Shown here: positions 54,010-64,000 of the stretch, piece after piece
How positions within the stretch are numbered: position 1 is the first letter of the stretch
Layout of the letters: every line of letters starts with the position of its first letter
Assembly (NCBI GenBank): GCA_050084985.1
Contig: JBITNC010000002.1
Location: forward strand, 21,018,001 to 21,082,000
Length of the DNA: 64,000 bases
Direction: 5' to 3'
From: Nageia nagi
Taxonomy: Eukaryota > Plantae > Pinophyta
Program-made: the position numbers and the translations under genes
Notes under the pieces: generated by a model
Seen by the model: only the letters and a program-made list of their open reading frames with translations
Databases searched by the model: none
Told to the model about the DNA's origin: nothing

Positions 54010-57000
54010 ATAAAGTATGTAGTTCTCGATGATCAAGCAAAAACTAATCCTAAGCTTCAAATAGGAGCTCCTCCATAACCACAATGACAAGAAGAAGAAG
54101 AAGAAGAACCTCAAACATCACCTACTCTTGTTGTGAGAAGATCTTCAATGATAAGTAAAATCCATCAACATTTGTCTAATTATGTAATTCCTACAAGGGA
54201 AAGTAAGTTACCAAATCACTTTAAACTTGCACTTCATTATTTGTTATATATTGATATCGATGAACCTGATAATTTTGATGAAGTAAAATAATTGAAAACA
54301 TAGGACAAGTGGGAGCTTGCTATGAAGGAAGAAATAGAATCATTAATTCAAAACCAAACATGGGAAAATAAAAGTTTATGAGATATGAATCCAACCATTA
54401 CATTTATTTCAAAAGAACAATTAAAGAAAATTATGTTATTTTGCTCTTATATGTGCATGACATGCTTGTTGTAGGAACAAACAAGAAGGATTATGATCTC
54501 AAGGAAAGGTTTTCCAAAACATTCAACATGAAGGATTTGGGTGAGGCAAGGCAAACCCTTGGTATGTAGATCACAAGAGATAAAGAAAACCACACTCTCA
54601 CATTATCTCAAGAAGACTACATTGAGAAGGTATTAAAGATGTTCACCATGAACAATGCAAAGAGTGTTGCACAACCCTTGGGACCTCAATGCAAGCTTTC
54701 AAAGGAATTGTGTCGAAAAGCATAAGAAGAAGATGATTATATGCAGAAGGATCCCTATGCTTCAGAGGTTGGAAGCTTAATTTATGCAATGGTGTGCACT
54801 AGACTAGATATTTGGAAGGTACAATCTAGGTAAAGACAATTGATAAGTGGTATAATAGATTCTTAGTTATTTGAAAGTTACATCTAAATATGAATTATAT
54901 TTTGGAGGTTATAATGTTTGCTTGAAAGGTTTTTTAGATTCTAACATGGAAAGTGATCGTAATGGTGGAATAAGTACCATAGGATATGTCTTTACTATTG
55001 GTGGAATAGCAGTAAGTTGGATTTCAAAACTCTAACATGTTATGGCTTTATCCAACACTAAATTAGAGTATGTTGTTGCTATTGAGGCAAGCAAGGAGAT
55101 GATATGGTTGAAAAGATAGATGAAGGAGTTGGAAAAAGATAAGGAAGATGCAACTCTATGGAGTGATAGTCATAGCTCTATTCATCTTGCAAAGAAATCC
55201 ACATTTCACTCTAGGACCAAGCAAATTCAGCTAAGATATCATTTCATTATATTAATATTGGAGGATGGTTCAATAATACTTGGAAAAACCTCTCACTATT
55301 CAGTATACATGTTGAAAAAGGTTGTGCCAAAAGAGAAATTAATCCACTACTCAATTTCTATTGGTCTCAAGGAGTAAGAGGCCAAGATGAGAAGCTTTTC
55401 AATACCTTGTTGTGCAAAACAATATATTGGTCTCCAAGTGGGAGATTGTTAAGTTGGAGTCCAATTACCAAGGCAAAACATGTTGCTAAAAGGGTAGTAA
55501 CAAACAATAAATAGTTGGAGGAATAAAGCTAGATTGTAATTACAATGCACTATCCAAAGCCAAACTAGAATGTCTATTTATGGTGGAATGATAACACATA
55601 GGTAGTTTGGAATTGCAATATGTTGTGTAATGCAAGGCTGGATATTATGTCATTTACAAAGTGTATAATATTATATATATGCCATAATGTATAGATTAAA
55701 GGTGTACTATTGCTATGTATGCATGGATTTATTACTTCAAAACCAAACATGGGATTTGGTGAAACTCCCTAAAGATAAGAGAGCCTTGACAAAAAATGGG
55801 TGTACAGCTTAAAGGATTAAGGAAATGGTAAGAAAAGGTATAAGGCTAGGCTTGTTGTAAAGGGTTATGCTCAAAAGAAAGGGATTGATTATGATAAGAT
55901 TTTCTCATCGATTGTCAAGAAGAACTCATTTAGTACAATTCTTAGTATTGTTGCTTTAGAAAATTTGTTTCTTGAACAATTGGATGTGAAAACAATATTC
56001 CTTCATGCAGATTTGGAGGAGGAGATATATATGCAATAAGTTGAAGGGTTTCAGGTATGTAGATTGAAAAAGAGCTTGTATGGCCTCAAACAAGCTCTAA
56101 GGTAATGGTATTTGAAATTTGATACATTCATGCAATAATAAAATTTTATGAGATGTGAATTTGACTATTATATTTATTTCAAAACAAGTAAAGAAAATTA
56201 TGTTATTTTGCTCTTGTATGTGGATGACATGCTTGTTGCAGGAACTAGCAAGAAGGATATTGATGATCTCAAGGAAAGGTTTTCCAAAATATTCAACATG
56301 AAGGATTTAGGTGAGGCAGACAAATCCTTTGTATGAAGATCACAAGATATAAAGAAAATCACACTCACATTATCTGAAGAAGACTACATTGAGAAAGGTA
56401 TTTAAGAAGTTCAACATGAATAATGCAAAGAGTGTTGTACAACCCTTGGGACCTCAATTCAAGCTTTCAAAGGAATTATGTGTAAAACCATAAGAGGAAC
56501 ATGATTATGTGAAGAAGGTTCCCTATGCTTCAATGGTTAGAAGCATAATGTATTTGAGATGTACATATAAATATGCATTATATTTTGGAGGTTCTAAAGT
56601 TTGATTGAAAAGTTTTGTAGATTCTGACATGGGAGGTGATCATGATGGTGGAACAAGTACCACAAGATATATCTTTACTATTGGCAGAATACCAGTGATT
56701 TGGATTTCAAAACTCTAACAAGTTGTGGCTTTATCTACCATTAATCATAGTATGTTGCTTCTATTGAGGCAAGCAAGGAGCTAATGTGGTTGAAAAGATT
56801 GATGAAGGAGTTGGGAAAGGATCAAGAAGATGAAACTCTATGGAGTGATAGCCATAACGCTATTCACCTTGCAAAGAACTTGACATTTCACTCTAGGACA
56901 AAGCATATTCAGATAAGATATCATTTCATCAGGTCAAAATTGGAGGATGGTTCAATAAGACTTGGTAACACTACTCAATTTCTATTGGTCTCAAGGAGTA

Positions 57001-57683
57001 AGAGGCTAAGATGAGAAGCTTTTCATTACCTTATTGTGCAAAGAAATATATTGGTCTCCAAGTGGGAGATTGTTGGGTTGGATTCTAATTACCAAGGTAG
57101 AACATGCTACCAAAAGGGTAGTAACAAACAATAAATAGTTGGAGGAATAAAGCTAGGCTATAATTACAATGCAATGTGCAAAGCCAAATTGGAATTTCTA
57201 ATTATGATGGAATAATGACACATGGGAAATTTGAAATTACAATATGTTGTGCAATGCAAGGTTGTATATTATGTTGTTTACAAAGTGCCTAATAATATAT
57301 ATAGGCCATAATGTATAGATTAAATATGTACTATTGTTGTGTATGCATCAAGCATTATAGATTAGTAATGTTTGTTAGAGAGAAATACAAATATTAATTA
57401 AAATATCTAAGTGCAATCTCTATCATTAAATGATCAACAAAGATAGAACAACAAAAAAGTGATGTTGATGTATTTCTTTATGGATGTAATGGCTCCAAGA
57501 AAGAGGACTGATAGCTTCTCTAAGGATGTAGCCCAAATTGGGTGAACCTCATTAATTTTCTTATCTCCTCATTTGTGGTTCCGATTTTGTTTACTATTTT
57601 CTATTTATATTATTTATTCTACACATCTAAATGTATGTGAAATATATTGCTTGCTAAATTATTAAAAATTTATTTGACCAACA
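54010..57683 (+). mobile_element. Tork/Tnt1-like copia 3' half, tandemly duplicated (RT-RH-PPT-LTR twice)
   Basis: LLLYV(H/D)DMLV and FHSRTK(Q/H)I each occur twice. PPT aagtgggagat before 55447 and 57071. Partial LTR 55447-~55725 and complete LTR 57071-57683 (tgttgg...ccaaca). Confidence 0.88.
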
Positions 57684-59662
57684 CCTACCACCCTTCTTAT
57701 TCAATTTCCCCTTGAGAGAATGAGAAGAGCAAGGAATTTCAGCATAACCTTCTTCTTCTAAGAACAACAATAAGGACTTGAAGAATTTTTGGTGTTGGCA
57801 TCACATCAAAATGAAGATGATTTTAAGCAAGCCTTCATGGGCAGAATTCATCGCAACATTACCATCTTTGGACATGCATATCATCTTAAAGCTCTCATTA
57901 AGCCTTCATGGAAGTAATAAAGTTCATTGTTGAGCCTAATCATTTCACGGATTCTATCCCCAATTACCAAATTCAAATATATTTTCACTATGAATTGATG
58001 TTAAAATAATATGGATTCCCTCTCCCTCAAAGTTAGGTGCATCTTCATTTCCCATGGAAGCTGAGATAAAGATTTGGCTCATCTCCTATTTATCCATTGA
58101 GAAAACGATTTACAACTATGACGAGATGTAAAATGCAAACAAAATTATGTTAAATAGAAAGTGAATGCATTTTTCCTATCTATCTTAAAAATATGGATGA
58201 TTGATATTATATAAGCTATTTTTAGAATTTTTGAATCTTGGAGCTTAGCTTTTGGAAGTGTTATATGACTTAAACTTTTGGTTTTAGTTAGATTTTATGT
58301 TTACACGTAGCATCTAGATTGAAACTTATGTCATTTTTCTGAAAATATGTTTTACTGTTTGATTGGTAATGCTACGAAATTCAACAAAGAGCAAAAAATT
58401 ATACACCAAAAAACTAAATTATTACTCACAGATTCATACTATAATAACCATAAAAAAAATAAAAGAAAAAATAATGCATAACAAAAAATATGATTGTATT
58501 ATCATCAATAAAACTAAAATTCTTGGATTATATTAATTTTTCATATAAATTAGTATATGTTCATCTATATTAGTTTGTAGATTCCAACGAAGTATTTTAT
58601 TGCATTTTTTTGTTAGTTAAGTAATATCATTGTATTCTATATAAATTTTCTAATATTAAAGGGATAACATCATTGAAATTGTTTCAGAGATATTTAATTA
58701 TTTCAATGTTCATTTCACTTCAAAATATATTAGCTAACACATTTGTTAAGGTCACCTTGTTGATATTAAAATATATTTGTATTTTATATCAAAACTTTAC
58801 GTAAATTATGTTGTAAATGTTAAAGGGACTGCCTACAACTGTTGTTCGTACCATAGTGAACATTACTAAATTTTACCTTTACCTTTTATTTAGTTATTCC
58901 AAGGTTCATTTAAAGTCAAATAACATGTGCTAACATATTTATTAAGACATGTAAAAGATTATTCAAACTAGCTTGACACTTTAGCTTTATGACACTATAT
59001 CTAGAAAAAATATTATTAATAATATAAGAAATATATCATGTTCTTTAATTTGGCTAACATAGTTTTTGAAATATATAAAAAATTATTTGATCTAACTTAT
59101 AACTTTAATTTGAGGCCATTTGATATGAGAAGAAAATGTTTGATGATTTTAAATATACAATATTATTTAACTTGCAACTCCTAAGATTTAATACCATATA
59201 ACAACATATAATCATTCATACCATTGATGATATTGCTTTTTACTTAATGGTGTTAAACTATTATCTTATGATTTTACTTTTTTCACTCTCTTTCAAAAAG
59301 ATTGACACTTAATACAATTTTATAAATCATAGCACACAAAATATACATTGAAATTTATGACAATCCAAATCTAAATTTATAAAAATAAATACAAAATATA
59401 AAAATTTTAATATTTTCATAGTATTTTTTAAAAACATCATCATCTTCTTATGTTTTCAATTTACATTTTAATGATCCTCAACAAAAATTTTCTTATTCAA
59501 TTATTTCCATTTCTATGTGATATTATACTATACTATTATCATTCAAAATATATTATTTGAATTTAGAGAGAGATGAAGATTTAAGAAAGAAATTGAGAAA
59601 AGTATAAAGATTTAAACTATAAAAATAATTAAAGTGTTTCTTGCACTACTTCATGTATGACA

Positions 59663-59818
59663 AAAGAAGATCTCTAGTAACTGAGAGGACGAGCAAAATA
59701 TCAAGGGGATTTAGAAAGAAGATCTCTAGTAACTGAGAGGATGAGCAAAATATCAAGGGGATTTAGAAAGAAGATCTCTAGTAACTGAGAGGATGAGCGT
59801 AATATCAAGGGGATTTAG
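59663..59818. repeat. 52-bp unit x3 at the EXLA copy 3 stop codon/3'UTR
   Basis: aaagaagatctctagtaactgagagga.gagc..aatatcaaggggatttag at 59663, 59715 and 59767. Confidence 0.95.
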
Positions 59819-60995
59819 ACTTTATGTCTAGATGAAGATTTATTGCATCGGTAACAACTATCCATGAGATCAATTTCATGGATCTGCAAGCCAACGTCAT
59901 ATAGGCCTCCCTTTTCCCAAACTGAACGCAAAACAACCCAGTTCGCCCGCAATGTAGCTCCATCGTAGCCTGATGTTACTAGAAAACGAAACATAAGGTC
60001 ACCCTTAGGAGGATTGCTGATATCCCATATTGAATCATGGTTGCGGGATACTTCCTGGCAATTGTACTCACGAACCTGCAAATAAACAAAGCAACCTCCA
60101 ATTTATCTAGCTGGTTTTTTTGCAGATCGTCATTAAACAACAAAATAGCAGGAACCACATATCAAAGAAGGAATCATACTTACTGTAGGAATCTCGACAG
60201 AAACAATCTCCGTCTGACCTCCTTCATATAAAATTTGCATAGCTAGATAGTCAGGGTACCTGCTGCTTTCACCTACCTTGACAGTAAGGTTGAGGTCCTG
60301 GTATTCACACGATATCCTGTTCAAACAAACTTGAAATGGAGTAAAGATGAGATTGAAAAGTATCGTTCACTTAAGGTACATCAAACCTTTTAGAAATGAT
60401 ATCCGCTAGGCCTGCCTTGAGGAGCTGACGAGCCATGTGGGGCTTGGCCAAACTTGAGAATGTGGTCATGGGTACAACAAAATCTGTCATATTGCTTTCA
60501 ATCATGTCTGTGACAACTATTTTGGCACCTCTCCTTTTGCACAATCTTGGATCCATGCATTTAATCTGCATGGAATCATACAAATATAGCTATACATGTA
60601 AGTATATGGTCGTTCTATAAATTTCCAGTCAAGTGTAACCATGAGTTGACGGCCCTACCCGATAGCACGCTCCACATCTTCTCCCTTCTTTGTAGATAGA
60701 AGGACTTCCTGCTGCAACGTTACCACCATTCAATGTTGCTGCAAAATCCCCATTGCCACAAGCGCCCGCTGCAAACAATTTACGTTTATAAGCTTGACTT
60801 CTTATAATTAAGGGAAAAGAGAAATATAATTATACCTTTTACAATCTGGTGATGGGCGAAGTATGCAATCTTTGACACACCATAATCAAAGCATACGTCT
60901 GCCTGCACTTTAGTTGCAGCTACAAATACAGCAATCGTCATGATATACGATTCAAACTCAAGAGAAGAGTTGAACACAGATGCTGTTATAGCCAT
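59815..60995 (-). CDS. EXLA: Expansin-like A copy 3, intact 280 aa (exons 60836-60995, 60659-60768, 60387-60565, 60184-60316, 59815-60075)
   Basis: All introns are GT-AG; 160+110+179+133+261 = 843 nt, open frame. Signal-peptide-like N-terminus, GACG..CGACY, LYEGGQTEI, FRFLVTSGYDG, YDVGLQI and a C-terminal CxxC tail as in EXLA; no HFD motif. Confidence 0.9.
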
Positions 60996-61892
60996 GGCCT
61001 TGTCTTTTTCTTCTCTGCTCCTCTCCACCAACAATAGCAAGAAAACAACTGTGCAAAACGAAGGAGATGAGAGCGTTGTATAGCTTGGAAGCTCTTTAAA
61101 TATCATTGATACATCTAAAGACGTTCACCAATCATAGTTGGGTGGAACCGTTAAAAGGATATGGAACTATAACTTCGGAAGATAGGAGTTAGCCCATTTG
61201 AGGACTTGTTTTGGCTTTGTAACATAGCTATGTTAGTAGGCTCGCATAGATTCCAAAGAATTGGATGAGATTGATGACTTGCCTTTCCAACTCCTACATA
61301 TTGATTAGAGGCCGCAATTCGGCATCATTAAATGGAGTCATATTTATGGATGAACACCTCTTCGGCCACTTGCAGTATGAGAATATGGCTTAAGACTGTA
61401 AACATTTAAAATGTAGCTATGGTTAATTCTTATTGCTCAATTAATTAATTATATATTATATATTGAATATTTTAATAAAAGTTAATGATATTTTTATAAT
61501 TTTAGTTAATATTATTTTATTAAAAAATGATTTATAATTAATATTTTTAATACAAAAATATTAAAAAAAATATTTTGTTTGAAGATAAAATATGTGTAAA
61601 AATGATTAATAATTTATACAAATAAATTGTTACAGTTGTTTATTCATATCACTTTATTGTTTTTGTTAGGTTATTTTGTTTAATATCTAAGTTAATTTAT
61701 GCAAACTTCCAACTCCTACGTATTGATTAGAGGTAGCAATTCGACACCATTCAATGGAGTCTCTTCTATATATGAACACCTCCTCCCCCACTTGCATTAT
61801 GAGAATTTGATTGTTATGTGAACTTGGGCTATAACATATAGTGATATAGTTTATTGAATTATATATTGTCATAGGAATAAGGAAAAGTTAAA

Positions 61893-61894
<2 letters not shown>

Positions 61895-61940
<46 letters not shown>
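61895..61940. repeat. (AC)23 microsatellite
   Basis: Direct read. Confidence 0.95.
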
Positions 61941-61945
<5 letters not shown>

Positions 61946-62152
61946 TTTGGGTGAGAAATATGGTCATTAATTCATTAAGAAATTTAAATATTGTACATAT
62001 ATAGTTCAATGATAGAACTAAGAACTACATTATAGAGACTATTGTTTGGGAATGATATTCTCATTTTCAAAAAATGATCAAATTAAATGTACTTCAAAAT
62101 ATTGTAAAATCATTGTGAAAACCATAAGAAACATTTAAACTACATTCCTAAA

Positions 62153-63634
62153 TGTTCTATATTATCTCGTAAATAATCCTTATGAAAATGGAAACCAAAC
62201 AAGCTAAGAAAATGATAAAAAATAAGAAAAATGACACTCAACCTGTATACATCAAACTAGTTAGATCTGACCAACATGTTGACTGGCAATATATAACTGG
62301 TGGGTGAAGTGGAAGAAGCTAACCGACTAATTAATTATTTTAATCAGACCTCTATAGACCAATTATAAATACATAATCATAGTTATTATATTTTCATACT
62401 TTGATTAAGCTCAAACATCAATATTCTCCCCTTTGATGTTTAGGGGACCAACTAGGAAGTTCCTGAAATTCAAAAACCAAGCCTTTAAAACATATTTTGT
62501 GAAGATATCCATTATATTATGTAAGGAATTATAGTTTGTAGGAAGTGGTACTTCATGTCAAAGTGTTTGGATTTTTTAGGGTGGAATAGGTCCTTTTCTA
62601 ATTGAATGACATTGTTGTTATCATAAAATATGGTTTTTTGATCATATTGTTTCTCACCAAGTCTTCAAGAACTTTTCTCAACAATAATGCTTGAGTACCA
62701 GCACTTATTATTCCAATGTATTCAGCCTTAGAGAGGTAAAATATACTTTTATTCCTTTAACTACATGTAATCATATGTGATCTAAGATTAAAATAATTGC
62801 TTGATATAGAATTTTTATCATCAGGATTGCTTCCCTAGTCAGAATCACTAAATACAACATGTGTTATATCACCACTCTTATAGTAATGGATGCCAAAATC
62901 ATTTGTACCTTTCACATACCTTAGTATTTTTTTAGTTTCTTTCATGTTTATTTCAAAATGATTACTTAATTCTTGATATAAGTGAGACAATATAAGAAAA
63001 ATTAGGTCTAGAGTTTGTTACAAATATTATGTTTTCAACAATGCTCCTATATGTTATTGTATCATATTTTTCAAATCCATCATCCTTACTAAACAAATCA
63101 CCATATTTTATTGGTATTGGAACTACTCTAGAATAATAAATGCCAATTTTTTCAATATAACATTGGTATATTTAGTATGATAAATCAAAATTCCCCTCTA
63201 TTTGATACACCTTCATACCCAAGACATGGTGCATAAAACTAAAATCTTTAAATCATTAATCAAATTTGAAAAATACCCATGCAAATCAAATCATCAATAT
63301 ATAAGAAAGTAAGTAAGATTTCATTATCTTATTTCATATGATAGAGGCTATGTTCATTCTTGCTTTTTGTAAAGCCATATTGATGTAAGTACCCATCAGC
63401 TCTTAAGTATCAAGCTCTTGAAACTTGTTTGAGACCATACATGACCTTGTTTAACATGTATACTAGATTTAATTTCCCTTTGATCTCAAATTATTGAGGT
63501 TCTTATGTATAAACCTCTTTATCCAAGTAGCCATTCAAGAATATAATGCACTCTTAAGATCCATGTGATGAATTTTTCAACCTTTGTGGGAAGCCAAAGA
63601 GAGAACCAAATTTATAATTTCCTATGATTCCATT
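62153..63634 (-). mobile_element. Third paralogue of the promoter-proximal copia (3' LTR, RH, RT)
   Basis: Colinear with ~10346-11845; PPT-like ttctcccctttga at ~62424; interrupted by the CACTA. Confidence 0.85.
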
Positions 63635-64000
63635 CACTAGTACAAAAAGTAGTAATATATGATTAAATAAACTACTAAAAATTGTAGATAAATGACTATT
63701 TTTTATCACATGACCATTAGTAGTTTATTACCAATCATTTATGTCATGACCAAATTTATGATAAACTATGTTAGTCATTTATTTGGTTATTTATTTAGTC
63801 ACTAATTTAATTATTGATGTAGTCATATATTTAGTCGTCGATTGAGTCATATATTTAGTCATCGATTTAGTTGTATATTTAGTTAATAATTTAGTAGTAT
63901 ATTTATTCATTGATTTAGTCATACATTTAATCATTGATTTAATCGTATATTTAATCATTAATTTAATCATTGATTTGGTCATGTATTTAGTCATTAATTT
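63635..64000. mobile_element. Left end of a CACTA (En/Spm) transposon with 12-bp subterminal repeats
   Basis: cactagtacaaaaa begins exactly where copia homology stops (ccatt|ggtgc in the paralogue at ~11845), followed by (a/g)(c/t)atatttagtc-like 12-mers. Confidence 0.85.

Noticed and set aside
57690-58140. GC-richer patch as a possible gene fragment (also ~43520-43680)
   Set aside because: Stops in the frames read and no motif I can recognise.
59663-59818. CRISPR-like array
   Set aside because: Contiguous tandem units without unique spacers, in eukaryotic DNA.
63791-63994. Repetitive 67-aa ORF (MTKY/MTKS)
   Set aside because: Translation of the 12-bp CACTA subterminal repeats.

Overview
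Eukaryotic plant nuclear DNA. The very AT-rich, C>T/G>A-decayed retroelements and multi-kb LTRs suggest a gymnosperm, but this is inference only. The only host genes are three minus-strand copies of an expansin-like A (EXLA) gene. Copy 3 (59815-60995) has five exons and an intact 280-aa frame. Copy 2 (44634-45841) is a pseudogene with a 1-nt deletion and a lost splice donor. Copy 1 (8390-8746) retains only exons 1-2 and breaks off inside intron 2. The copies appear to come from tandem duplication of a unit made of gene, promoter, an old copia and probably an old Tat/Ogre gypsy. The rest is nested transposons. These are a young non-coding 2.7-kb LTR element with a hairpin-rich leader, a LINE, a full-length chromovirus (Tekay-like) with 3.6/5.7-kb LTRs, a solo-LTR-like insert, Tat/Ogre and Tork-like copia remnants, a 935-bp TIR element with a 4-bp TSD, and the left end of a CACTA element. 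I found no RNA genes or CRISPR arrays. All alignments and identities were done by eye.
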